From assembly GCA_014654705.1 (NCBI GenBank), contig JACVZY010000106.1:2083-66082 (forward strand): a DNA stretch of 64,000 nucleotides, read 5' to 3'. A model generated the notes under the pieces. It had not been told where the DNA came from. It was given only the letters and a program-made list of their open reading frames with translations, and ran no database searches. The stretch comes from Ignavibacteria bacterium. Its GTDB lineage: Bacteria > Bacteroidota > Ignavibacteria > Kapaibacteriales > UBA4661. Shown in pieces: positions 50,076 through 59,706 of this stretch. The number at the start of each line of letters is the position of its first letter. Positions within the stretch are counted from its first letter, which is position 1. The translations under genes were made by a program, and so were the position numbers.

Positions 50076-52580
50076 ATGCCTCATACTTCCCGTATCACAA
50101 GGCTGCTGGCGCTGTTGGTACTGCCGTTAGCGCTATTAGTTGTCTTTGCGCCTGTCCTTTTCATGGACAAAACGCTCCTGCCCACAGACCAGCTCAATAC
50201 AATGATGCTGCCTTTTTCGGAGAAGCATGATTCGGTGCGGGTCTATAATCACTTCCTCACCGATGCCATTGCGCAAGTCTATCCCTACAAAGTGCGGTGG
50301 CGGGCAAATGCGCTCAGGGGCGAATTTGCGTCGTGGAATCCAATGATTTTCGGCGGTCATGCTCAGTATGCCTCCACGTCATTCACACACTTCGACCCCA
50401 CCAATGTCATCCTTTTGCTGGGCGAGATGCCATCGGCATATCACTGGCAAATGCTGGTAAAATTGCTTCTTGCAGGACTTGGAATGTGGGTGCTGCTAGG
50501 CTTTTTTCGTCTGAACGCTGGGGCAGTGGGCATTCATCCGCTTCTGCGGGCAATGTTCGCAGTGGCATATATGCTCAACAGTCTCTTTATCACAACCCTG
50601 CAGCACCAGTGGCTTCTGGGTGCATTTTGCTGGACTCCCTTCGCGCTATACTTTCTTCTGCGTTGTTTGAATAATGAAACCGTCGTGCGGAATAGCGTCT
50701 TCGCGTCGGCATTTCTCGCCTTCGCTTGCTTCGGCGGTTCGCTCCAAACAAATGCCATCGCGATTCTGGCAGTCGTAATTGTCGCACTCAGCACCGTGCT
50801 TCAGCCTCACCGAAATAGCCCGCTTCAAAAACGACTTGGGAAGGGTACGTTACTCGTCTTGGGCATTGGAGCGCTCGCATTTGCACTCTCGGCAATAATG
50901 TGGCTGCCGTCCTTAGAACTTTTTCTCTACAACGAAAATACACGCGCCGATGGCAAAGCATTTTCAATCATGAACAGCTTCAAGAGCCTACCCCTGCTGA
51001 CTTCTTTTGCTATGCCGGAACTTATTGGAACGCCGCGTGGCTTCGACCTTGCAAAAATCGCGCAAGCGGACATGAACGATTTTAATGCTTTCATGGGCTT
51101 TGCACCTTTTATTTTCGGTTTGATAGGCTGCTTCACGCTGTGGAGCCGCAGCGCTGTGGAGACACGTTTTCTGCGGGGCTTCATTGTTCTGTGCGCTCTT
51201 GGCGTGCTTGTACCGCTTGCCACGCCATTATATAAATTTATTTATCACCGCAGTTTTATTCTCTACGTGCTAGGAATGACGGTCGTGGGGGCTGTTGCTG
51301 CGCAGGATATTCTTTTCGGCGAGGGGCGGCGGGTGTCGGCAGAGCGCATCAGGAACATTTTGCGTATCGCCTCAATAGCGCTTGGCATCATCATTCTCGG
51401 ACTGGTGCTTGGTAACGTCGTTTTAGCGTGGAAATATGATGTTATTCATGCAAAACTCAACGCTTTTGTGCAAAACAACCTGCAAAGCGCACAACTGGCT
51501 GCCGGAAGCCGCTCATGGATGCTGGGGCGTATAGATGCCTTTCTTGCCCATTATTCTTGGCGTAATCCATTCCTTTGGTGGGCAGCAGCCTCACCAATGC
51601 TTGTTCTTTGGCTTTTGCGGTCGTCCCTGCGGGATACTCTTTCACAGTCACACCGCTTGCTTGCTGTCGGCGCAATGCTGCTTATTACGGTGTGCCAATT
51701 ATGGAGCAGTGCTGTATTGTGGCTGCCCATGATAGACACAGAGCGTTATCCGCTTTATCCCGCGACGCAGACGACCGATTTTTTACGCCACGACACAACG
51801 CTCCATCGTTTTTTGCCACTCTTCGATGCCCAATCGCAGCGTGTTATGCAGCCGAACATCAATGATGTGTACGGTATTGCGTGTGTGCAGGGCTATGAAA
51901 GTATTTTCTCGCGCCCCGCAGCACAGTTAGCAGGAGCGCTCTCACAGCCAGCCACCATGCAGCAACTTCGCTTGAGCGCTCTGGCAAATGTGAAATACTA
52001 TGTCGCCAGCGCAAAAAACCCGTACACTCATCCGGCAATGAAGCTGGTAGATTCAGGCGCAACGCTCATTTATCAAAACTTGCTCGCCGAAGACCGTGCG
52101 TATATGCGCTATCGTTACCGCGTGGTCAGCCAGAGAGAGCCGGGAAAGCTCTTCTTCATGCCAGACCGCGAGATCTTTACCAAAATTTTCACTGAAGACT
52201 CCACGTTCCCCGCGCACACCGTGCTTCTTAGCGAGGAGCCACGTGAAAAAATTATGCGAGAGACAGGTGCACCTGTGAAGCATTCGATTCGATTTTTGAA
52301 TTATGAAAACAACCGTGTGCGCTTGGAAGTAGAATCTGACGAGAGTGGTTTTTTGGTACTGGCAGACAGTTATTATGCGGGCTGGAAGGGATTTGTGAAT
52401 AACCTGGAAGTACCGATAATGCACGCAAATTACGTCTTGCGCTCGGTCGTTGTCCCGAAAGGTAAAAGTATGGTCGAATTTCGATTTGAGCCACCTCTTT
52501 TTCGATTTGGCGCATGGATAAGTTTTGGGGCTTGCGTTTTGTGCGTTCTCTTGCTTATCTTGCAGACGCGCAAACGATGA
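50076..52580 (+). CDS. YfhO-family polytopic membrane protein (GT-C-like)
   Basis: Many TMs, WNPMIFGG, VQGY, C-terminal LVLADSYYAGWK...ANYVLRSVVVPKG...F.FEP. Confidence 0.82.
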   Translation: MPHTSRITRLLALLVLPLALLVVFAPVLFMDKTLLPTDQLNTMMLPFSEKHDSVRVYNHFLTDAIAQVYPYKVRWRANALRGEFASWNPMIFGGHAQYASTSFTHFDPTNVILLLGEMPSAYHWQMLVKLLLAGLGMWVLLGFFRLNAGAVGIHPLLRAMFAVAYMLNSLFITTLQHQWLLGAFCWTPFALYFLLRCLNNETVVRNSVFASAFLAFACFGGSLQTNAIAILAVVIVALSTVLQPHRNSPLQKRLGKGTLLVLGIGALAFALSAIMWLPSLELFLYNENTRADGKAFSIMNSFKSLPLLTSFAMPELIGTPRGFDLAKIAQADMNDFNAFMGFAPFIFGLIGCFTLWSRSAVETRFLRGFIVLCALGVLVPLATPLYKFIYHRSFILYVLGMTVVGAVAAQDILFGEGRRVSAERIRNILRIASIALGIIILGLVLGNVVLAWKYDVIHAKLNAFVQNNLQSAQLAAGSRSWMLGRIDAFLAHYSWRNPFLWWAAASPMLVLWLLRSSLRDTLSQSHRLLAVGAMLLITVCQLWSSAVLWLPMIDTERYPLYPATQTTDFLRHDTTLHRFLPLFDAQSQRVMQPNINDVYGIACVQGYESIFSRPAAQLAGALSQPATMQQLRLSALANVKYYVASAKNPYTHPAMKLVDSGATLIYQNLLAEDRAYMRYRYRVVSQREPGKLFFMPDREIFTKIFTEDSTFPAHTVLLSEEPREKIMRETGAPVKHSIRFLNYENNRVRLEVESDESGFLVLADSYYAGWKGFVNNLEVPIMHANYVLRSVVVPKGKSMVEFRFEPPLFRFGAWISFGACVLCVLLLILQTRKR

Positions 52581-52643
52581 TAAGGTGCGCAACGGTTTAT
52601 TGCTTGTAAAACAGTCATTCTTTCACGTATTGCAACAATTATT

Positions 52644-53306
52644 ATGGCACTCTCCACCGAACTACCTGCGTTCAACCACGAAGACAAGTCAGCTCTTTAT
52701 GCTGAGATTGTAAGCCGTATAGAAGGCTGCTTGTACAAATGCACAATGGATGAGCACTCGACAATGCTGTACATTTCGGATTCGATAAAGCTGCACACCG
52801 GCTACGAAGTCAGTGATTTTACCAAAGGCACCGTGAGCTTTCACTCTATCATCCATCCCGACGAAGCCGAGCAGGTACGAGCAGACATCAAGCAAGCATT
52901 ACAAAACAAGACCATTTACGATGTGGAATACCGCGTCAAACACCGCGAGGGACATGACGTTTGGCTGCATGAGCGCGGCTACGGTACATTTGATACCAGC
53001 GGTAATGCAGAGTATTTGCATGGCTTTATTACCCGCATGAATGCAGGAACAGGCGACTTACTCGCAACTCTCGGCAGTAAGAGTGTCGAAATCGAAGCAT
53101 CCAGTAATGAAATTGAAAAAATTCTCAAGTCGCTTAATCTCTTGGCGGTCAATGCGACCATCGAAGCAAGCCGTGCCGGGGCACAAGGAGCAGGCTTTGC
53201 CGTTGTGGCAAACGAGGTACAGAATTTGGCTATCCGCTCAAAGTCCTCGCTGAGTAAAATTCAAGCACTCATGCGAGAATTCCGCCAGCTTCTCCGTCGA
53301 CGTTAA
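52644..53306 (+). CDS. Soluble PAS protein with a minimal MCP signalling hairpin
   Basis: PAS (YISDSI...GY, IHPDE, VEYRV, WLHERG) then NLLAVNATIEASRAGAQGAGFAVVANEVQNLA. Confidence 0.85.
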   Translation: MALSTELPAFNHEDKSALYAEIVSRIEGCLYKCTMDEHSTMLYISDSIKLHTGYEVSDFTKGTVSFHSIIHPDEAEQVRADIKQALQNKTIYDVEYRVKHREGHDVWLHERGYGTFDTSGNAEYLHGFITRMNAGTGDLLATLGSKSVEIEASSNEIEKILKSLNLLAVNATIEASRAGAQGAGFAVVANEVQNLAIRSKSSLSKIQALMREFRQLLRRR

Positions 53307-53362
53307 GAGCATTTTTGCAAGAGTTTTTTTTGCACACTGTTCAAGAAATTCAGAATCCAATT

Positions 53363-56300
53363 ATGTGCACCGCCCCCTCATACTGGGCTATTCTTACTAC
53401 GTTCTTTTTGCCTCCAAAGCGAAGAGCGGTTGTGTGCAGTGTGTTTTCTGGAATAGTGTTGTTCATTCTCACCTTTGTTTCTTTCTGCGTTCCGTTTCTT
53501 AGTTCTCAAACAACACATATCCCCAACATTGAGCAGTACAAAAAGCCGAGCGGTCTCGACCCAACACGCAAGATTAACCAGTACGTCAGCACCATCTGGA
53601 AAGCCGAGCAGGGATTGCCGCAAAACAGCGCACTGGCATTGTGCCAAACCCGCGATGGCTATCTCTGGATAGGCACCGAAGAAGGGGCGGCGCGTTTCGA
53701 CGGGGCGCAGTTCAAAATCTTTGACCAAGAGATTGTTCCTAATCTTAGCGCGGGCTATATCATTTCGTTTTACGAACAGCGCGACGGGACACTCTGGATG
53801 GGAACGCGCGGCGGTGGGCTTATACGCCACCGATACAATCAAGGAGGAAGTGAATTCGTTGCCTTTGACAGCACCAAAGGGCTGAATGCCGCTGATGTCT
53901 GGGCAATTATCGAAGACCGTTCGGGAACTCTCTGGATAGGAACGGAGAACGGTTTATTTGCATACATCAACGGGCACTTTCGGCGTTTCACCACCAGCGA
54001 CGGCTTGCCACACCTGATTGTACAGAGCTTGCACCAAGACCGCATGGGCACACTCTGGGTTGGCACCCAACAAGGTCTTTGCCGTCTGACTGGTTTGCTC
54101 AGCTCACACTCCGGTCAGGAAAAAATCTTTGCACGAGAGCCACTGCTCAAAGACACAAGCGATATCCGCGCTATTCTCCACGATAGCAAAGGTGTGCTGC
54201 GTGTCGGTTCGCGGAATGGTCTCTGGAGCCGCCCGAGCGGCGGCGAGTGGTCACTTCTAAGCCAAAAAGACGGCTTATCCGGCAATTACATATTTTCTAT
54301 TCTCGAAGACCGCAACAATAGCATTTGGCTTGCCACATACGACAATGGTATTAGTCGTATTACCGGAAACCGCATAGAAACATTTGACCGCAACGATGGC
54401 TTGGCAAACGAAAACACACTTGCGCTCCTGGAAGACCGCGAAGGCGCATTGTGGGTCGGTACCGACGGCGGTGGCGTACAGCGTTTCATCAATGGAAGCT
54501 GTCTCACACTGACCACCCGCGAGGGACTGGCGGGGGACGTGGTGCGGAGTTTTTGCCAAGACAGCACCGGCGCACTATGGATAGCCACAAGCAGCACAGG
54601 ACTTCATCGTCTCCAAGACGGCAAAATCAGTCTTTATGATAAAACCCGAACCCACGTCTTTGCAGGAAATGAAACTCGCGGACTGCTCACTGACGTTGAT
54701 GGTACTGTATGGGTGGGCGTTCTGGGAGCGGGCGTGTACTACTACAAAGGCGGGCACTGGGGACACTACACCACGAAGGACGGATTGGCAAGCAATGACG
54801 TCAACACCATCGTGCGTGACCGCGAGGGCGCTTTGTGGTTCGGCTGTTCACAAAACGGCATAAGCCGTTTCAAGGACGGTCGTTTTACATCATTTGGTAT
54901 GCGCGAAGGGCTAGCGAATGAAAGTGTGTATGGACTTTTACCGGACAGCGCAGGCGGTATCTGGATAGGCAGTTTTGGCGGTGGGGCGCAGTACTACCGC
55001 AATGGCACATTTACCAATTATTCTGTGGCAAACGGACTAATGGGCATGAGCGTGCTGGGATTTTACCAAGATGCCACGGGAGCAGTCTGGGTGGCAGGTG
55101 TGGGCGGTATCAGCCGCATCAAAAAAGGTATTGTGCGGTCATTGACCAAAAAAGAAGGCTTATATGACGACGCTTCTTTCACAATTATAGAAGACAATTA
55201 CGGCTATCTCTGGGCAACTTCTAACAAAGGAGTCTATCGGGTTCGTAAATCCGAAGCGGACTCAGTCGCCGATGGCTTCCTCAAGCGCCTGAACTGCCGG
55301 AATTTTGGCACTGCCGATGGTATGCGTAGCGCTGAGTGCAACGGCGGTGCACAGCCCTCAGCACTGAAAACGCGCGATGGACGGTTGTGGTTTTCCACCA
55401 TCGAAGGTGCGGTTATTATTGACCCGCTTCGCCTTGAGACGAATCCTCTGCCACCGCCCGCTATTCTTGAAAAAATGCTCTCCGGCACAGAAAGAATGCC
55501 TTTGATACCCGATGCCTCCATTCCGCCCGGCAATACAGAGTTGGAATTTCACTACACCGCTCCAAGTCTTATCGGAGCTGACCGAGTTCGTTTTCGTTTT
55601 TTGCTGGAAGGCTTCGACCACGACTGGACGGATGCCGGGGCACGGCGCATTGCGTATTACACCAATCTTCCACGTGGTCGCTCGTATCGCTTCCGTGTCC
55701 AAGCCTGCAATAATGACGGTGTTTGGAACTATGTTGGCGCTTCGTATAGCTTTTCTTTGCAACCGCATTTCTACGAAACGTGGTGGTTTATTCTGCTCTG
55801 TGGTGTTGGAATGATTGGTATGGCGCTAGGGGCATATCAAGCACGGACGCGCCAAATGAACGCACGAGCACACGCACTGGAACTCCTTGTGCAAGAGCGA
55901 ACCAAGAGTTTACAGCAAAGTAATGAAGAACTAGCCGTCGCCAATAGAGAGGTGCAGCGCCAAATCACACTTTCCGACTTACAAGCGCGAGAAATTGAAG
56001 TTGCCAATGCACAATTACAAGAGAGCAATGAGCGCCTCCGGCAGCTTGACGTAGAGAAAAATGAGTTCTTGGGCATTGCCGCACATGACCTCAAGAATCC
56101 GCTTTCGTCTATCATTATGACTATTTCGATGATGCAGCGCTACAACGAGAAAATCGAATCGCACGAACGCATCACCTATTTGAATCGTATTGAAACTACT
56201 GCCGAGCGGATGCTGGGGATTGTAACAGACCTTCTCAATATCAACGAAATTGAATCCGGTGAACTGCGTTTGCAATTTGAATCGATGAATCTTGCTGAAA

Positions 56301-56734
56301 TTGCCGCCGACGCTGCACAACACTACCAAATTATTGCACAACGCAAAAATATTCGTTTCATTTCGGATTTCCCTGACCACGCCTGCATGGTCATGGCGGA
56401 TAAAGAAAAACTCTGGGAAGTCTTGGAAAACCTTCTTTCCAACGCTATCAAATTCTCCCCGCCCGGGAAGCATGTCTTTATAGGGGTCTCTGAACATGGG
56501 ACGCTGGCACGGCTGGAAGTACGGGATGAAGGTCCGGGCTTGAGCGCAGAAGATAAAAGCAAGGTATTCCATAAGTTTGCCCGCTTGTCGGCACAGCCCA
56601 CAGGCGGCGAGCACAGTACAGGTCTGGGTCTTAGCATTGTCAAAAAAATGGTCGAAGCAATGAGCGGCACAGTACATTGCGAATCGGAACTCGGTAAAGG
56701 AGCACGGTTTATCGTGGAATTACCAAAAATATGA
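53363..56734 (+). CDS. Beta-propeller / Y_Y_Y sensor histidine kinase
   Basis: GLPQNS...DGYLWIGT, Reg_prop repeats, YTNLP, TM, AHDLKNPL, NAIKFSP, RLSAQPTGGEHSTGLGL; paralogue of 12408-15860. Confidence 0.93.
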   Translation: MCTAPSYWAILTTFFLPPKRRAVVCSVFSGIVLFILTFVSFCVPFLSSQTTHIPNIEQYKKPSGLDPTRKINQYVSTIWKAEQGLPQNSALALCQTRDGYLWIGTEEGAARFDGAQFKIFDQEIVPNLSAGYIISFYEQRDGTLWMGTRGGGLIRHRYNQGGSEFVAFDSTKGLNAADVWAIIEDRSGTLWIGTENGLFAYINGHFRRFTTSDGLPHLIVQSLHQDRMGTLWVGTQQGLCRLTGLLSSHSGQEKIFAREPLLKDTSDIRAILHDSKGVLRVGSRNGLWSRPSGGEWSLLSQKDGLSGNYIFSILEDRNNSIWLATYDNGISRITGNRIETFDRNDGLANENTLALLEDREGALWVGTDGGGVQRFINGSCLTLTTREGLAGDVVRSFCQDSTGALWIATSSTGLHRLQDGKISLYDKTRTHVFAGNETRGLLTDVDGTVWVGVLGAGVYYYKGGHWGHYTTKDGLASNDVNTIVRDREGALWFGCSQNGISRFKDGRFTSFGMREGLANESVYGLLPDSAGGIWIGSFGGGAQYYRNGTFTNYSVANGLMGMSVLGFYQDATGAVWVAGVGGISRIKKGIVRSLTKKEGLYDDASFTIIEDNYGYLWATSNKGVYRVRKSEADSVADGFLKRLNCRNFGTADGMRSAECNGGAQPSALKTRDGRLWFSTIEGAVIIDPLRLETNPLPPPAILEKMLSGTERMPLIPDASIPPGNTELEFHYTAPSLIGADRVRFRFLLEGFDHDWTDAGARRIAYYTNLPRGRSYRFRVQACNNDGVWNYVGASYSFSLQPHFYETWWFILLCGVGMIGMALGAYQARTRQMNARAHALELLVQERTKSLQQSNEELAVANREVQRQITLSDLQAREIEVANAQLQESNERLRQLDVEKNEFLGIAAHDLKNPLSSIIMTISMMQRYNEKIESHERITYLNRIETTAERMLGIVTDLLNINEIESGELRLQFESMNLAEIAADAAQHYQIIAQRKNIRFISDFPDHACMVMADKEKLWEVLENLLSNAIKFSPPGKHVFIGVSEHGTLARLEVRDEGPGLSAEDKSKVFHKFARLSAQPTGGEHSTGLGLSIVKKMVEAMSGTVHCESELGKGARFIVELPKI

Positions 56735-56763
56735 GACTAAAATTTCCTCAAGTCCCTCATTCT

Positions 56764-58944
56764 CTATGCCTCAGCGCTTTGCAGCTCAAGAATAAATGTC
56801 GCACCCTTACCCGGTTCGCTCTCGCACCACACACGCCCCTCCTGCAACTCAACAAGCCTTTTGACAATTGAAAGCCCCAAGCCCGTCGAGTTCTCTCCGC
56901 CTGTTGGCAATGCCGACAAACGGGCAAATTTGCCAAAGACGTGTCGTTGGTCATCTGCTGTCAAGCCCGGACCTTCGTCCTGCACTTCTACACGCACATA
57001 CTTTTTACCACTTTCCGTGCGGCTCAGACAGCGCACCCACACTTGCTTCCACTGCGGCGAATATTTGACGGCATTCGATACAAGATTATCCAATATCTGC
57101 CGCAGAGCCTGTTTATCTGCGCGAGCGGTAAGACGTTGTGAGGCGTGCAGATGAAGAATAATTCCCTTTTGCGTCGCCCGTGCTTGATATTCCTCCACCA
57201 CACTCGTCACAATTTCCATATCCACCGGCTGAATATCGACACTCACCAGCCCGCTCTCAATGCGGTTTACGTCCAAAATGTTAGCGATAATATCCACCAT
57301 AGCATCGCAAGCATTCATCATCATGCCCGTAAATCGGTGTACCCTCTCAGCTTCGTACCCCGTTGTAAACATACTTTCAATCATCTCTGCACCGGAGCGA
57401 ATACCGGCAAGCGGATTTTTGAGGTCGTGCGCAGCAATACCCAAAAATTCGTCTTTTTCGCGGTTCAGTTCCACAAGCTGCTTGGTGCGCTCTTCTACGC
57501 GATGTTCCAGCACTTTATTGAGTTGGAGAATTTCTTCTTGCGCTTCTTTCATTACCGTAATGTCTTGCAGAATCCCGTAGAGTTGCTCAATACTGCCACT
57601 CCGACCCCGCACACATCTCCCGGCGGCTCGCACCCACAGATGCTTATCGGTCGCGGTGATAAGTTTTAATTCCAAATCAAACGGCTCGCCCGTCGTGAGC
57701 AACTGCTGCGATGCCGCTTGTATGATGGGGCGATGTTCAGGATGAAAGAATTGGAACTCGCCTGTTACTGTTGATAAATCCGTATCGTCAGGCACATCGT
57801 AGATTCGGTATATTTCTTTCGTCCAGCGCATCTGCCTGTGTGCCACATCAAATTCCCAACCACCAATCCGCGCAATAGCACCAGTGGTGTCCAGCAGTTG
57901 ATTTTGCTTGTAAATAATAATCTCAGACCGCTTGGCAATGGTGATGTCTAGTGCTGCCATGAGCACCGCCACAACACGCTCGCCGTCAGCATAGACGGGC
58001 TTGATTGAATATTGGAACCAGCGTTCTTGCCCCTCGACCATAGCCGGAGCTTCATAGTCAACAGCCACGCCCGAAAATGCTTGCCGGATTTCCTCTATGA
58101 ATTTTGCGGCTCGGTCAGGCATGAGATACGATGCGATTGATTCACCGACCACTATTTCCTTCTGCAAGGCACGATAGACGCTTTCCTGCGTTAGTTTGTT
58201 AAAGGTCAGCACACGTAAATCTTGGTCAATAAGCCATATTGCCTGTGGAGAATTATCCACTACCGTCCGCAGATGCGCCTCTCGGATGTGCAGCATTTCT
58301 TCGTTGCGAATACGCTCGGTCAAATCAATTCCGGTACACTGAATTTCCATGTCCCCATGGTATGTATTGCGAATGGCAATAAACTCCCACGTAGTGGTGA
58401 GAATACCAAATCGGAGACTTGGCTTCCGCAGAGTAACGCGTATCGGGATTTCAGGCTCGGCGAAGCACTGTTCTACGGCTTTGATAGCAACATCGTGGTC
58501 TTCGGGAATGACGAATTTCAACGAAAACGTTCCGATGATAGAGGTACGGTCTTCTTCACACACAAATGCCTCAAGAAAAGTACGATTAACGTAGGTGTAA
58601 TTGCCCTGCACATCCGTGCGAACCACATAGAGACCGGAGACGTCTAGCATTGACTGAAGATAGGTCTTCTGCGCCTGTACGCTCAGGTGCATGGATTGGT
58701 TCAATCGGAAAACACGAAAAAAAATGAGCGTGAGCGGTACGCCCAGCACCACAAAAATAATCGTAGAAAGCGTATTAAATAAGGCGATTTCTGGTGAGGC
58801 ATAGCGCCAAAACACAATGCTCCGCACGAGACCAAACGCGAGTAGAAAGAGTGGAGCAGCAAAAGCAAATCGAAAAAACATCGGATGCTCCGTGCGAAAC
58901 TCCGTCGAAGAATTCGACCGCAAAGAAGGAAATATCTTGGTCAT
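56764..58944 (-). CDS. Membrane-anchored multi-PAS histidine kinase
   Basis: Two TMs, three PAS/PAC units (IPEDH, DITIAK, HPEH...QDIT), AHDLKNPL, RLSALPTGGENSTGLGL; start uncertain. Confidence 0.9.
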   Translation of the reverse strand: MTKIFPSLRSNSSTEFRTEHPMFFRFAFAAPLFLLAFGLVRSIVFWRYASPEIALFNTLSTIIFVVLGVPLTLIFFRVFRLNQSMHLSVQAQKTYLQSMLDVSGLYVVRTDVQGNYTYVNRTFLEAFVCEEDRTSIIGTFSLKFVIPEDHDVAIKAVEQCFAEPEIPIRVTLRKPSLRFGILTTTWEFIAIRNTYHGDMEIQCTGIDLTERIRNEEMLHIREAHLRTVVDNSPQAIWLIDQDLRVLTFNKLTQESVYRALQKEIVVGESIASYLMPDRAAKFIEEIRQAFSGVAVDYEAPAMVEGQERWFQYSIKPVYADGERVVAVLMAALDITIAKRSEIIIYKQNQLLDTTGAIARIGGWEFDVAHRQMRWTKEIYRIYDVPDDTDLSTVTGEFQFFHPEHRPIIQAASQQLLTTGEPFDLELKLITATDKHLWVRAAGRCVRGRSGSIEQLYGILQDITVMKEAQEEILQLNKVLEHRVEERTKQLVELNREKDEFLGIAAHDLKNPLAGIRSGAEMIESMFTTGYEAERVHRFTGMMMNACDAMVDIIANILDVNRIESGLVSVDIQPVDMEIVTSVVEEYQARATQKGIILHLHASQRLTARADKQALRQILDNLVSNAVKYSPQWKQVWVRCLSRTESGKKYVRVEVQDEGPGLTADDQRHVFGKFARLSALPTGGENSTGLGLSIVKRLVELQEGRVWCESEPGKGATFILELQSAEA

Positions 58945-59116
58945 AAACTTTGCACCAGAAAATATGGTGGGAACAAAAATGGCGTGGCAAGGGAGGGTGA
59001 GGAAAGAAGAGGGACTTTCCGGCAGAGTCAATACTATAAGGCAACTACTAGGAGCAAGTGCCTGAGCGCTTCACAGCAACTCAGGCGTTTTGGCATGGCA
59101 GTGAACAAGCATACAA

Positions 59117-59533
59117 TCAATTCAGCCAGAACATCGCATCCACGCTTACGCCGTCGGTCATCCAACAGTCGCGGTAGCGTGGGTCTCGCTGGCGGGAGAG
59201 CGTGAAGGTGTAAATCACGGTTTGGCTGTTCTCGCCCGTAATCATCACGCGCTGCTGTGCAACGGTGCCGGAGATAAGCACAGATTCGTAATCAGCGCTG
59301 CGGTGATTGAGCATAACGGCGTACACGGGATTACGCACGATTTGCTTGAAACGCGAGAGCGGTCCGGTATAAACTTTATTGCCCGGTGAGGCAAAGTTGA
59401 ATGCTGTTGCAATGCCATCGTCATTGCCGGCATCGTTATCGCGCAGCGCGTCGAGCTGAATACGAATAACATCGTCCGGCGAAAACTCAGGCTTGGGCTG
59501 CGGCAGCGTGTTTGGTTCGCGTTGTGGTTGCAT
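59117..59533 (-). CDS. Conserved protein (DUF4864-like)
   Basis: VIRIQLDALR...AFNFASP...F..IV..PVY...CWMTDGV pattern; family recalled, not searched. Confidence 0.7.
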   Translation of the reverse strand: MQPQREPNTLPQPKPEFSPDDVIRIQLDALRDNDAGNDDGIATAFNFASPGNKVYTGPLSRFKQIVRNPVYAVMLNHRSADYESVLISGTVAQQRVMITGENSQTVIYTFTLSRQRDPRYRDCWMTDGVSVDAMFWLN

Positions 59534-59706
59534 AAAGCGTTATGCGAAAATGCGTTAAAAAAACATCTGTGGAGCGATTTTGAGTGTGCAAAATTACAGA
59601 AATTTTCCTCGCAAACAAACAAAGTTCCATAAAATTCAGTAATTTGGCTGCACAACTGGTAAGCCTAGCTATACAACCTTCTCTCAACCTGATTTTTACT
59701 TACGAT

